In this document: piece after piece, positions 53,592 to 62,795 of the stretch
How the letters are laid out: every line of letters begins with the position of its first letter
How positions within the stretch are numbered: position 1 is the stretch's first letter
DNA from: Octopus vulgaris
Taxonomy: Eukaryota
Reading direction: 5' to 3'
Assembly (NCBI GenBank): GCA_951406725.2
Contig: OX597815.1
Location: 151,156,001-151,220,000 of the forward strand
DNA: 64,000 nucleotides
Program-made: the position numbers and the translations under genes
The notes under the pieces: model-generated
What the model saw: only the letters and a program-made list of their open reading frames with translations
Told to the model about the DNA's origin: nothing
The model's database searches: none

Positions 53592-56464
53592 GAAGCATAG
53601 TAGTGACATGATTTACTAAAAATGTTGAGGCGACGACGATGGGAAAGAAACAAGAATCTTTCAAATTCCATTAAAAATAGTCAATAATAATATGAAAAAA
53701 AAAAACTGCATTTAGTTTTGGGTCGATTCTAGTTCCAGCTGATAGTAAGAAATCAATGTTGATGTTTAACATCAGGTCAGTTCTGATTTGAGCAGACCTT
53801 AATGATGAAAGACGGCAAAAATGTTCTAGCTAGGGCTAATCTTGCCACGACTGCATTATCAAATTATTTCCTTTTTGATAGCAGGAATTTGACTGTTGTT
53901 TCTAGGAGATCGACCACCACATAAAGGCTGTTGCCCTTATTGACTCGCTCGTGGAAGGATGTGTGTAAATGCAGTTAGTGTTTTATAATTAAATTACATA
54001 TATTCAAAGCATATATTTGTGTGAACACACATATATATGAGCATAAATGTGGATATATTCAGAATTTTAAACTCGTATACATCTTAATTGCAACTGAAAC
54101 TAGTTCATATATACTAGTAATATCCCTGGGATTTGCAAAAATCCCACACACACAACGACTAATTCTGCCACGCGTACACGACTCCTCTACAGACGAGCCA
54201 GCAAGAGTCTGTATGTGGATGTTCGATTTCCTAAAAATAGCACCTAAATATCCCTCGAGTCACTCTGCCGTCTCAAAAGGAAAGGATATGTTACAAAACG
54301 TAATCTTACATATATTCACAAGAAAGACGGAATGGCCGCAGCTCGAAGGTCTTTGATTATATGACTGACTGCGCAATCAAGGCTGACCTGGGGCTAAACA
54401 ACTTGCCTCTTGTCAAAAGAAATTCTTTCAAATGAAGACGATAACTCTATAGGAGTAGCTTTCGAGGAACAGAGAACGCGACCCGGTTTCGATTTCCCAT
54501 AAGCTGATCAGAACACAGAGAACGGGGTATGTAAGCCAGTTAGCATGGACCCATGATTTTAAAAGATGTTACACTCTACCCCCGGTTACAAGCAAAGGAG
54601 AAAGGTCTTTTGATAAAGAACAGTATATAAATCGTTTTTAATTTCATTTATATTTTGTTCTGCTGGCAATACATCACATACATTACATGTACATACCAAC
54701 AACCGATGCATAAATGATATGTATTTAGCGTTAATTACTAAAAATACTGAATAATTAAAAATTGTTGATAGAAGTGGTGAAGGCCCGGATTTATTAACAA
54801 TATTGTACGAACCTTGTCGATAGAAATCATTCTACATTACTAGAAAAAATGTTTATGATGTTGGAAAAGGCAAACAACATCACATGTTATTCACCCAAGT
54901 CAGAAATATTAGTTAAAGATCATATTTCTTGTACCTATTTTGAATATTTCTTGTGGTTATTTATTCATACGTCTTCCATCTGGGCCCATTTATTAGCAAT
55001 TACTGCTGTTCTCTATCCAGGAACTGCACATAATCGAAGACTTAACTCAGAACACAAATAAATCATATATTATATGAAGAATAAATAGAAAGCGGTAAAA
55101 CATGTTTTAGTTTCTGCTGTAAGCAACGACCATCGTCGGTGTTGTTATGAAACGTAATTAGATTAACAAACATCGTTAATTTAACATAATCACTATAATT
55201 CGGTAATTATGACATTTAGCCAAAGGTCAGCAATGATCAACGGCGTTCCAGCCACGACCATATGATAAATCCTGTCTTTCAGTCGCAGTATCCAAGATGA
55301 TTTTTAAAGAGAGAAGGGTGTAATTAGAAGTAAATTTAACTGCTATTTCTCCTAGCCGGTCGAACGAACACGGTTCTCCTTGTGTTACTTTCATTTGCAA
55401 CATTGTTAACTCCATTGGTGTTGGGTTTACCAATGTCAGCTGGAGGATTATTGTAATCTAATGATGATATAGCCTGTCAGTTCTACGAAAACAACGAGTA
55501 TAGTTTTCTACCAGCATCCCATTTTTTTTTTCTCTCTACAGACGAACACAACAAATATGTAAGTTACCAGTCTAACAGACGGGAGGGGTGGTCATCCAAA
55601 CTTTCGTTTATGTTTGTAAACACGGACTTTTTAAACCGATATTGAATTATTATTGCAGGTTTTTTTTAATTTTAGTCATGCTGTTTGGATGGGTGTGAGT
55701 ATATTTCAAGGGTTAGCAGAGTCGTAAGAGCATAAGATAAAATTATTTGTGATATTGAATGACAACCCTAAATGTTGGGAGTTCAAATCCTGTACTTTTC
55801 GTCCTTCCGGTGTGGTCGATAAAATAAAGTAACCTGCCAATATACCAGATTCGATTTAACATTCCTCAACGGCATCTTAAATAAACAAGACCCGGCTTCA
55901 TGACGGATTAAATAAATCATATTATATTCCAAATAAACAGTAAATAAGTTAATCTACGAACGTTTAGAATACATGTATACATATATGTGTGTATATGCGT
56001 GTGAAAAGAAGTTTTAGAAATGAATTTTTACAAGGAGGGTTTTCTGTAAATATAAATTAAAATATCAGTTGATCGTTTAACTTTTTCTCAACATTAAATG
56101 ATTTACCATAACAATACATGCTAAATACTAGACTATTACAACATACATGTATACAAACATATATATATCTATATAACCATAACAGGGCCGACTAGCCGCA
56201 GTTACTTGGCTACAAGCGGCGAAATAGCAAGGCAAAACAGACACGATCGATGATTTAATTAATTCATTTAGCTGATGAATGAATGTTAGAACAATATACA
56301 AACCTGTTTCCATATCTAGAAATAAAAGCCACGACCAAAAGGAAGATTAAAACGAATAGTTGCGGGTGCTGCGTCATGGCCCTGACGCAGACATGTGGCA
56401 ACCACTGCCACATCCTCCATTGGCTCCACGTCACATCTCGCATTATCACACGAGATTTTACCAT
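11826..56464 (-). CDS. TXNDC11: Thioredoxin domain-containing protein 11 (TXNDC11/EFP1) ortholog, 13 coding exons, 3'-incomplete in window
   Basis: The spliced translation (2450 nt) is colinear with the vertebrate TXNDC11 sequence as I recall it: [107 protein letters not shown]. All 12 junctions are GT-AG and phase-compatible. Confidence 0.95.
12255..12610. repeat. ~23-bp minisatellite TAGATCAACTCCACCACCCCTAA, about 15 copies
   Basis: Directly visible tandem array. Confidence 0.9.
12690..13062 (+). mobile_element. RTE-clade LINE 3' fragment
   Basis: [23 protein letters not shown] motif; ends in a (CCAAG)-type tail. Confidence 0.75.
13598..13710 (-). CDS. TXNDC11: TXNDC11 exon 12 (redox-active WCGFC Trx fold)
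   Basis: ttttgccag|[39 protein letters not shown]|gtaagc; CGFC at 13669-13680; 113 nt. Confidence 0.97.
13815..14028 (-). mobile_element. SINE family C (GCCTTTCATCCTTTCGGGGTCGATAAA core) with 16-bp target-site duplication
   Basis: Flanked by TAATGCTG(C/T)ATATATT at 13799-13814 and 14029-14044. Other copies at 26385-26600, 26616-26821, 27130-27345(-), 39843-40060, 40514-40710, 40757-40970, 40988-41200, 49222-49430. Confidence 0.85.
14613..14827 (-). CDS. TXNDC11: TXNDC11 exon 11
   Basis: ttctttttcag|(A)[13 protein letters not shown]...[19 protein letters not shown]|gtaagt; 215 nt. Confidence 0.93.
16278..16326 (-). CDS. TXNDC11: TXNDC11 exon 10
   Basis: tttctgcag|[16 protein letters not shown]+G|gtaagt; 49 nt, phase 0 to 1. 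Confidence 0.88.
17340..18040 (+). mobile_element. RTE LINE reverse transcriptase fragment interrupted by a family A insertion
   Basis: [38 protein letters not shown] [insert ~17653-18010] VKQIFNIR. Confidence 0.75.
21051..22019 (-). CDS. TXNDC11: TXNDC11 exon 9 (large, Cys-rich and Ser-rich)
   Basis: ttttaacag|[11 protein letters not shown]...[29 protein letters not shown]|gtaaga; 969 nt open frame; lies within the 397-aa ORF of the track. Confidence 0.95.
23561..23692 (-). CDS. TXNDC11: TXNDC11 exon 8
   Basis: ttttgcag|[44 protein letters not shown]|gtaaga; 132 nt. Confidence 0.93.
23921..24016 (-). pseudogene. Truncated duplicate of exon 8 (pseudoexon) within a ~320-bp tandem duplication
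   Basis: ttttgcag|[31 protein letters not shown]-stop. Flanking intron DNA is also duplicated (23604-23927 vs 23928-24235). Confidence 0.9.
25836..26069. mobile_element. TTAA-flanked (piggyBac-like) MITE, ~230 bp
   Basis: TTAACCCT...AGTTAA ends; further copies at ~46093-46333, 20637-20863 and 19927-20144 (the last two in opposite orientation). Confidence 0.65.
28531..28599 (-). CDS. TXNDC11: TXNDC11 exon 7
   Basis: tttttcag|[23 protein letters not shown]|gtaagg; 69 nt; resembles the vertebrate NYTAENICKWA segment. Confidence 0.9.
30868..30983 (-). CDS. TXNDC11: TXNDC11 exon 6
   Basis: tttatttcag|(S)[38 protein letters not shown]|gtatgt; 116 nt, phase 1 to 0. Confidence 0.88.
31921..32014 (-). 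CDS. TXNDC11: TXNDC11 exon 5
   Basis: ttttctag|[31 protein letters not shown]|gtaagt; 94 nt. Confidence 0.95.
32215..33060 (+). mobile_element. Internally deleted mariner element with long inverted repeats
   Basis: Degenerate transposase N-terminus ([36 protein letters not shown]); ~140-bp inverted arms at ~32220-32358 and ~32895-33032. Confidence 0.85.
33615..33721 (-). CDS. TXNDC11: TXNDC11 exon 4
   Basis: ttacag|(G)[35 protein letters not shown]|gtgagt; 107 nt, phase 1 to 0. Confidence 0.92.
33760..34310 (-). mobile_element. Abundant (GAT)n-tailed retroposon family A with internal ~65-bp tandem repeats (representative copy)
   Basis: Conserved TTAGGAAGGGCATCCAGCTGTAGAAA...CCATGCTAGCATGG..GACGTTAAAC(GAT)n block. 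More than 20 copies, e.g. 745-970, 1748-2230, 2990-3248, 7962-8260, 9943-10360, 16895-17285, 19370-19885, 22800-23080, 24425-24725, 27640-28135, 29130-29490, 30250-30660, 48420-49015, 59272-60210. Confidence 0.85.
36038..36158 (-). CDS. TXNDC11: TXNDC11 exon 3
   Basis: tttcag|[41 protein letters not shown]|gtataa; 121 nt. Confidence 0.93.
40114..40492 (-). mobile_element. 3' fragment of an RLE-type non-LTR retrotransposon (R4/Dong-like) in a (TAA)n tract
   Basis: [25 protein letters not shown] followed by [16 protein letters not shown]; (TTA)n on both sides; short 3'-end copy at ~62858-62929. Confidence 0.7.
41247..41469 (-). CDS. TXNDC11: TXNDC11 exon 2 (first Trx fold, WCTRS = CXXS)
   Basis: ttttcttttcacag| acceptor; [20 protein letters not shown]...[27 protein letters not shown]; donor CAG|gtaagt; 223 nt. 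Confidence 0.95.
44112..44480 (+). mobile_element. CR1/L2-like LINE 3' end
   Basis: [40 protein letters not shown]-stop, followed by a short 3' UTR. Confidence 0.75.
44574..45074. mobile_element. Solo LTR-like element, inverted relative to 47255-47744
   Basis: TGTAG...CTACA termini; reverse-complement homology over nearly the whole length to 47255-47744; imperfect 4-bp TSD AATG/AGTG. Confidence 0.75.
47255..47744. mobile_element. Solo LTR-like element with 4-bp TSD (AACT) inserted in a family D SINE
   Basis: Starts TGTAG, ends CCACTATA; AACT at 47251-47254 and 47745-47748. Removing it restores the SINE B-box region. Confidence 0.8.
52508..52885 (+). mobile_element. tRNA-derived SINE family B (representative copy)
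   Basis: TGGCTGTGTGG A-box, GGTTCATTCCC B-box, TTGGGCAAGT, internal microsatellite, tail GGCGGTGCTCCAGCATGGCCGCAGTC..TGACTGAAAC. Other copies at ~215-600, 2540-2985, 6300-6675(-), 35130-35530, 43540-43930, 49920-50320(-), 58880-59250(-). Confidence 0.85.
53009..53050 (-). ncRNA. Minimal type I hammerhead ribozyme motif
   Basis: GACUGU-CUGACGA-UCAGUUACAA-GAAAC-UCUGA-GUA-ACAGUC. Perfect 6-bp helix I, intact core boxes, GUA cleavage triplet; helix II is weak. Confidence 0.7.
53495..53592. repeat. (GATA)n microsatellite
   Basis: About 24 perfect units; one of many microsatellites ((TA)n, (CA)n, (TAA)n, (CAT)n, (TAG)n, (GA)n) across the window. Confidence 0.95.
56304..56464 (-). CDS. TXNDC11: TXNDC11 coding exon 1 (N-terminus, signal-anchor/TM segment)
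   Basis: MVKSR...[26 protein letters not shown]. Donor AG|GTTTGT, phase 2, matches exon 2. True start may be upstream at 56553 (see findings). Confidence 0.75.
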
Positions 56465-56596
56465 TTCGACTGCTTTTTTTCTGCAGCGCCACTTACTTCT
56501 ATCGGGGATGATGGTTTAATTATTTTAGCGACAGATTTTACAAACCTGATCATCTCTGTCGTCTTATGCTTGAACGTATACACGCGCGCTCGTGTG

Positions 56597-56675
<79 letters not shown>

Positions 56676-56893
56676 TCACATGTATACGGTGGTGGAGTGT
56701 TTATGTAGATTATATGTTTAAAAATACGTGTAGATACATATGTTTGTGTATTTATGAGTGACCATATATGTGAGTGTGTGTGTGTGTTTGTAGGTACATA
56801 TATGTGTGTAAAGGTAAATTGATGTGTAGATATATTTTTGTATGTACGTCTTATATAAATATATACATGTTTACAGATATACGTATGTGTAGG

Positions 56894-57112
56894 TACAAGG
56901 GCGTGCTGAAATATCTCGGCTTTAAGGGTGTTGCGAAAGGCCTGGTTGGAGACCCGACCTTCCGAATTCTTCTACCGGGCTTAGAAAATACAAAGGACCG
57001 CTACAATAAGTGTGTGAAACTGAGAGGGGAATATGTTGAATAAAATCATAAGTAACTAATCCTCCTGTATTTTCTTTTACCTAAAGCCAGGAACTTTTCA
57101 GCACCCCATCGT
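56894..57112 (+). mobile_element. Mariner-derived MITE
   Basis: TIRs TACAAGGGCGTGCTGAAA / TTTCAGCACCCCATCGT; internal remnant KDRYNKCVKLRGEYVE-stop typical of a mariner transposase C-terminus. Confidence 0.8.
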
Positions 57113-57336
57113 GTGTATACGTGAGTCGTCTAAGAGACCATATACATGTATATATATATATATAGAAGGTTTGGAGATGATGTACAGGTATTTTATATTA
57201 ATAAGAAATGAGGTACTCAGAAATTCGGATGGTTTTATACTTATAGATATTTATTTGTATATTACATGTTTTTATACATCATATAACTTATATCATATAT
57301 CGCTTTCGTCCATTCTGATGGAGTTTTCAAATTGAA

Positions 57337-57388
<52 letters not shown>

Positions 57389-57390
57389 CA

Positions 57391-57426
<36 letters not shown>

Positions 57427-57427
57427 T

Positions 57428-57459
<32 letters not shown>

Positions 57460-57864
57460 GATTTCCCGTATTGTATTCCCTTTTTATTTCTCGTCTTGTA
57501 TTTTTTTTGTACATGTATTTTTATCTTGTATTTTATTGTGCAGTTTTATTGTTACATCCTGTTTGTGTTCTTGCCCGTTTTACACCGCTGCTTGGAATTT
57601 TATTTTAATTCTCTCGCAGGAAGGCTTAGTTAACGAGTGTCCTGTCTTGCCTTCGAAACACGTCTGAGTTAACTAGCGACAGTTGATGATTGTGGATTTT
57701 TCCTTGTGTAGTCTGTCCTGTACTTGTAAAATTTTTGTTTTTCCCGTTTCTACGTCTTGTGGCGTCCTGTACTTACGTATATTTATTTATATATGCATGT
57801 ATATATACATGTAGATGTAGGTACGTACATATATGTTTGTATGTATGCATATATTTTTATTTAT

Positions 57865-57912
<48 letters not shown>

Positions 57913-58420
57913 TGTGTGTGTGTGTGTGTGTATATATATGTAAATTTAGATAAAGCCGGTTTATGGGTTTACGCTGGGTTTCACGTCCGTACAGCGCTTA
58001 GCGTTACAGCGTATTGTCAGATCCCAAACCTATATATATAGTATGTGTGTATATACACGTATATGTGTTACTAATATATATGTATACAAAAATGTATTAT
58101 CACCACCAATATTTTGCATTCGTCATTGCCATGTTTGCTTGTGTTGAACGGCTCTTCTCTAACACAGCATTTCATCACGTTTCCAGTATCTTACCATCCT
58201 CATGAGTTCGACTTCTTGAAATCGTCTTTCACAACTTTTTCCCATGTCTTTCTTGATCTTCAGCTTCTGCAGGTTTCTTCCTCTTGTAGATTCTCCACAC
58301 TTCAGGCCCATATTTCGCTACCATACAGCAACACACTTCGTACACAAGTGTCATATAATCTGCCCTTTACTTTACTCAGAAATTAAATCGTTTTATTACC
58401 TTGTTATATGCCCATAGAAA

Positions 58421-58715
58421 ATAGCGTAGTGGATAAGAGTGCCAGCTACTAACCCTCGGATTCTAAGTTCAATCCCAGGGACGGACTTGAAAAATGATAT
58501 CGCCAGAAAAATAACATCAGCAACATACCTTAAGAATGAGAACAGTGTACCCCATTAGTCAAATAAAGAGTTGGGTTCCAAATTCTAGCAGAACACCTGA
58601 TGAAGGCTGGAGAGTACATCAACCGAAACATTATGGTAACAACAAACAAGATGAGGACACCTGTCCGTCCATTGTAAATAATGTAAATAATTCCTCATCC
58701 CAAAAATATGGAAGA
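58421..58715 (+). mobile_element. tRNA-headed SINE-like element with hammerhead-bearing tail
   Basis: A-box TAGCGTAGTGG, B-box GTTCAATCC, then ATACCTTAAGAATGAGAAC...CACCTGATGAAGG...CCGAAAC. Homologous copies at ~62670-62995 (-) and ~8271-8375 (-, truncated). Confidence 0.65.
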
Positions 58716-60224
58716 GTACTTTAGCAGCGATAATAGCAATATGATCTTATTCTTACTTGAACAGCTGTGCTTTCTGAACACCCTATTCTACTGCTCGTCA
58801 GGTCAACAAGGTAACAGATGGGGCCAACCTCTATTGTATCTTCAGAGTACCTTTTATTCATTTTTGCCTTCATTTGTCTTAGTCATTGGATTTGTGGCCA
58901 TGCTGGGGCAATACCTTGAAAGGTCAAACAAATTTACCCCAATGCTTATACTTTTTAAAGCCTGGTGCTTATTCTATTGGTCGCTTTAGGTGAACCACTG
59001 AATTACCGGGATGTAAACACACCAACACCAGTTTTTTAGCAGTGATGGGGAACAAACACAGATACAAAGACACAAATATATATATATGACAGGCTTCTTT
59101 CAGTTTCTGTCTACCAAATTCACTCACAAGGCTTTGGTCAGCCCAAGGCTATACTAGAAGACACTTATCCAAGGTGCCACACAGTAGGACTGAACCCAGA
59201 GCCATGTGGTTGAGAAGCAAACTTCTTACCACACAACCAAACCTGCACCTGTATATATGTATATATATATATCATCATCATCATCATCATCATCATCCTC
59301 ATTGTTCAACATCCGCTTTCCATGGTGGCATGGGTTGGACAGTTTGACAGAGGACTGACAAACCAGGAGGCTGCACCAGGCTCCAATCTGATCTGGCAAG
59401 GTTTCTACAACTGGATGGCCTTCCTAACACCAACCACTCTGAGAGTGTAGTGGGTGCTTTTTACATGCCAACGGCACATGTACCAGTCAGGTGTCACTGG
59501 CATCAGCCATGTTCAAATGGTGCTTTTTCTGTGCCACCAAACACAGGTGCCAGTTAAGCAGCACTGGCATTGGCTATGCACAAATGGCGCCTTTTAGGTG
59601 TCACCTGAACGGGAGCCAGTCAGGCGGTACTGGCATTGGACATGCTCGAATGGTGCTTTTTACATGCCACTGGCCTGGGAGCCAGTCAGGTAACACTGGC
59701 ATCGGGCACACGTGAGTAGTGTTTTTATGTGCCACCAACATGGGTGCAAGTCAAGTAGCATCGCTCACGACTACAATATCATCATCATCATCATAGTTTA
59801 ACGTCTGCTTTCCATGCTAGCATGGGTTGGACGATTTGACTGAGGACTGATGAACCAGATGGCTGCACCAGGCTCCAATCTTGATCTGGCAGAGTTTCTT
59901 CAGCTAGATGCCCTTCCTAACACCAACCACTCTGAGAGTGTAGTGGGTGCTTTTACATACCACCGGCACGAGGGCTAATCGGGCGGTCCTAGCAATGGCC
60001 ACAAAAAAAATCATGTTTTTTTTTTACGTGTCACCTGCACACCAGCACAAGTGCCAGTAAGGTGACACTGGTAACGATCACACTCGAATGGTGCCTTTTA
60101 GGTTCCACCAGCACAAACGCCAGTTAGCCGCTCTGTTAACGATAACACTTGGAAGGTGCGGTTAGTGCTCCACTAGCATGGATGCCAATCATCAAATTTG
60201 ATTTCGATTTATATATATTTCGAA

Positions 60225-60274
<50 letters not shown>

Positions 60275-60277
<3 letters not shown>

Positions 60278-60465
60278 GATGCACAGGAACAATAGACACC
60301 AAAGATGTACAGAAAACAGATTCCATCACATGCCAGGGGGAAAAACTAGAAGTAGTTGATAGCTTACATTACCTAGGTGACCAAGTAAGTTGCGGGGATG
60401 GATGCTCTGAGAGTGTAGCTGCTAGAATAAGAATAACTTGGGTAAAGTTTGGAGACCTCCTACTT
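60275..60465 (+). mobile_element. RTE LINE fragment
   Basis: GEKLEVVDSLHYLGDQVSCGDGCSESVAARIRITWVKF. A related piece lies at ~58280-58385 (-): VKGRLYDTCVRSVLLYGSEIWA. Confidence 0.7.
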
Positions 60466-60561
60466 TTATCTTTCCAGTGAGATAAAGCTTTGTCTTTGCT
60501 AAATCTACTTTGAGACCTTGTAATTTTTGGTTAGCTTCTGTTTGGAATTTCTTCTTTAATA

Positions 60562-60946
60562 CAGTAGAACCTCACAGACGAGTACCCCATTGTATGAGTA
60601 ATTTGCTGTATGAGCTGAGGCTCGTGCAAATTTTTGTCTCGAAGTACAAGCGGTGATCCACAGTACAAGCACACAAATCATCCCATCTTTAAAGTAATTC
60701 AGTTAATAAAACCAGTTTACATATTTCTTTTGCATTCTCTTTTTTATAATTGTCATTTTACTTGTAACTACACCTCTTCTGTTTTAAAATCCATAAAAAA
60801 ATTATTTTTGAGTAGTCTTTGTGGGCTGGAATGGATTAATTATCTTTTAGTTAATTTCAATGGGGAAAATTGATTTGTAAAACGAGTAAATCATAAGACA
60901 AGCTCGGTCATGGAATGAAGTAAACTCATTCTGCAAAGTATCACTG
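60562..60946. mobile_element. Tigger/pogo-like MITE
   Basis: TA|CAGT...ACTG|TA termini with sub-terminal CGAGTA repeats. Confidence 0.6.
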
Positions 60947-61032
60947 TACTTTGATTCAGCAGGGAAAACTATGTCATTGGTTTACAGAAGTTCCTGTGGA
61001 TAACTGATCTTACTCTCTTCTGTTATGGCCTT

Positions 61033-61360
61033 AGGTGCATGGCTCAGTGGTGAGGATATTTGGTTCATGAACTTGAGGCCATGAATTCAATTCCCATCAG
61101 TATGCTGTGTCCTTAAGCAAGACACTTTCTTTCACATTGCTCCAGTGCACTCAGCTTATAAATATGAGTTGTAACTGTATTTCAAATGGCCAGCCTTATC
61201 ACATTCTGTGTCATGCTGAATCTCCTGGAGAACTACATTAAGGGTATGCATATTTGAGGAGTAGTCAGCCACTTGCATGTTGATTCCACAAGCTGGCCAT
61301 TCTATTGATTGGATCAACTAGAACCCTTGTCTTCATAACTGACAGAGTACTAGTTTATCA
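61033..61360 (+). mobile_element. tRNA-derived SINE family D
   Basis: TGGCTCAGTGG A-box, GAATTCAATTCC B-box, CTTAAGCAAGACACTTT..TTGCTCCAGT. Copies at ~11205-11350(-), 23150-23450(-), and 46990-47254 plus 47745-47800(-). Confidence 0.8.
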
Positions 61361-62751
61361 CAATACCTGTGTTAGAGACATCTGTTCTCTGGCAAGATTA
61401 AAAAGATCTCCCTGAGAAACACATTAAGAGTACACGTCTGTGGTGTACTCAGCCACTTGCATGTTAATTTCATGAGTAAGTTTGTTCTATTGATCAAATC
61501 TACTGGAACCCTCAATGTCATAACCAACAGAGCACCAGTTTATAGCCTGAGGACCTATAATAAATTGGAGGAGACTAAGAACTTAGCCTTGGTGAACACC
61601 TACCTACAAAAATAAATTTCTTGCTGATCTCATTACCAAATCTCCTTGGATGTATCTCTGTACATAGCTTACAAAGCTCTCACAACCTATTCATTTTAGT
61701 GGTGGCTCATTGATAAAATTAGTTGGGGTGCGGCTTTAGAAAATTTTTAGCCATTGTGTAAAAGGAAACAAATATATAAAAAGAAAACTTATGCATAAAC
61801 TTGATTGGTTCGCATTTTAGCCACTGCCAGGTTGTGTGTTTAATCTGTTCACAGAACACTGCTGTGAATTCTTCACTGTTTTTCAAAAATCCCCACAAAA
61901 TCACAAAATAAGTGGGGAAACTCTGCCCTATTTTTCAAATCCTGGTGTAGCAATATTGTTTCCTTCATTGCTATCTTCACCGTTTGAGAGAAATATTAAG
62001 AATGATCTCGTTTGAGATTACAAACATCTTTGGCTAGTTTAACATTGTTGTGTCCACTATTTTGATTGGTTGCCATCTAAGCGTGATTTGTCTCTACTTA
62101 TTTCGCGCCACTGGCCAAAGCCAACCAATCACGGCTTATAATAATTCGTTAAGAATATGACCACATGCGATCGTATTCCCTACACAATGCGACCTCGTGC
62201 GTTCTTATTTCTTACACTGGCAACAACACTGTAGCTGGAAGCAGGATACTAATCCAATTCTACACTTTATCACATTTCAAGAATATAAACACGTTTTTAA
62301 GCACAACACAAGAGGAGTCAAAAAGAAACACTACCTTACACCAGCACACCAGGGTCGGCACTGTGTGAACCACAGTGCTCTCTCTCTTTAGTGTGCAGCT
62401 TCCTATCTCAGACATGGGAGAATGTGTACAACAGCCAAACACCACATCACTGGAACTGTGAAGCGCACAGTTCTATACAAGGACTTTTGTATTTTTTTCA
62501 TAAACTAGGGGATGTCCATTGACATTAATCTTAAGGATTATATAATGTACAAGTATGAAGAAAGAAGGACTCATTATATTGAATGTTATAGATAATATCA
62601 AGTGGAAATGGGGGTGCAACAGTTCTGCAGTACCTATACATGAGCTGCCACTGATTTATTTACATTTAATACAGTTCTATATTTAAGAGATGAGGAATTA
62701 CGTACATTATTTACATTTGACAGATATTTGTCCTCATCATCTTTGCTGTTA

Positions 62752-62795
62752 ACACAACGTTTCGGTTGATATACCTTCCGGCCTTCATCAGGTGT
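62752..62795 (-). ncRNA. Minimal Penelope-type hammerhead motif within a SINE-like repeat
   Basis: ACAC-CUGAUGA-AGGCCGGAAGGUAUAUCAACC-GAAAC-GUU-GUGU, with palindromic AACGUU replacing helix III. Confidence 0.6.

Larger units (their letters stand above)
51300..58500. promoter_or_regulatory. CpG-retaining domain around the TXNDC11 5' end (probable unmethylated promoter region)
   Basis: CG dinucleotides are visibly frequent in unique sequence here and scarce in unique intronic DNA of 1-51 kb; judged by eye, not computed. Confidence 0.6.
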
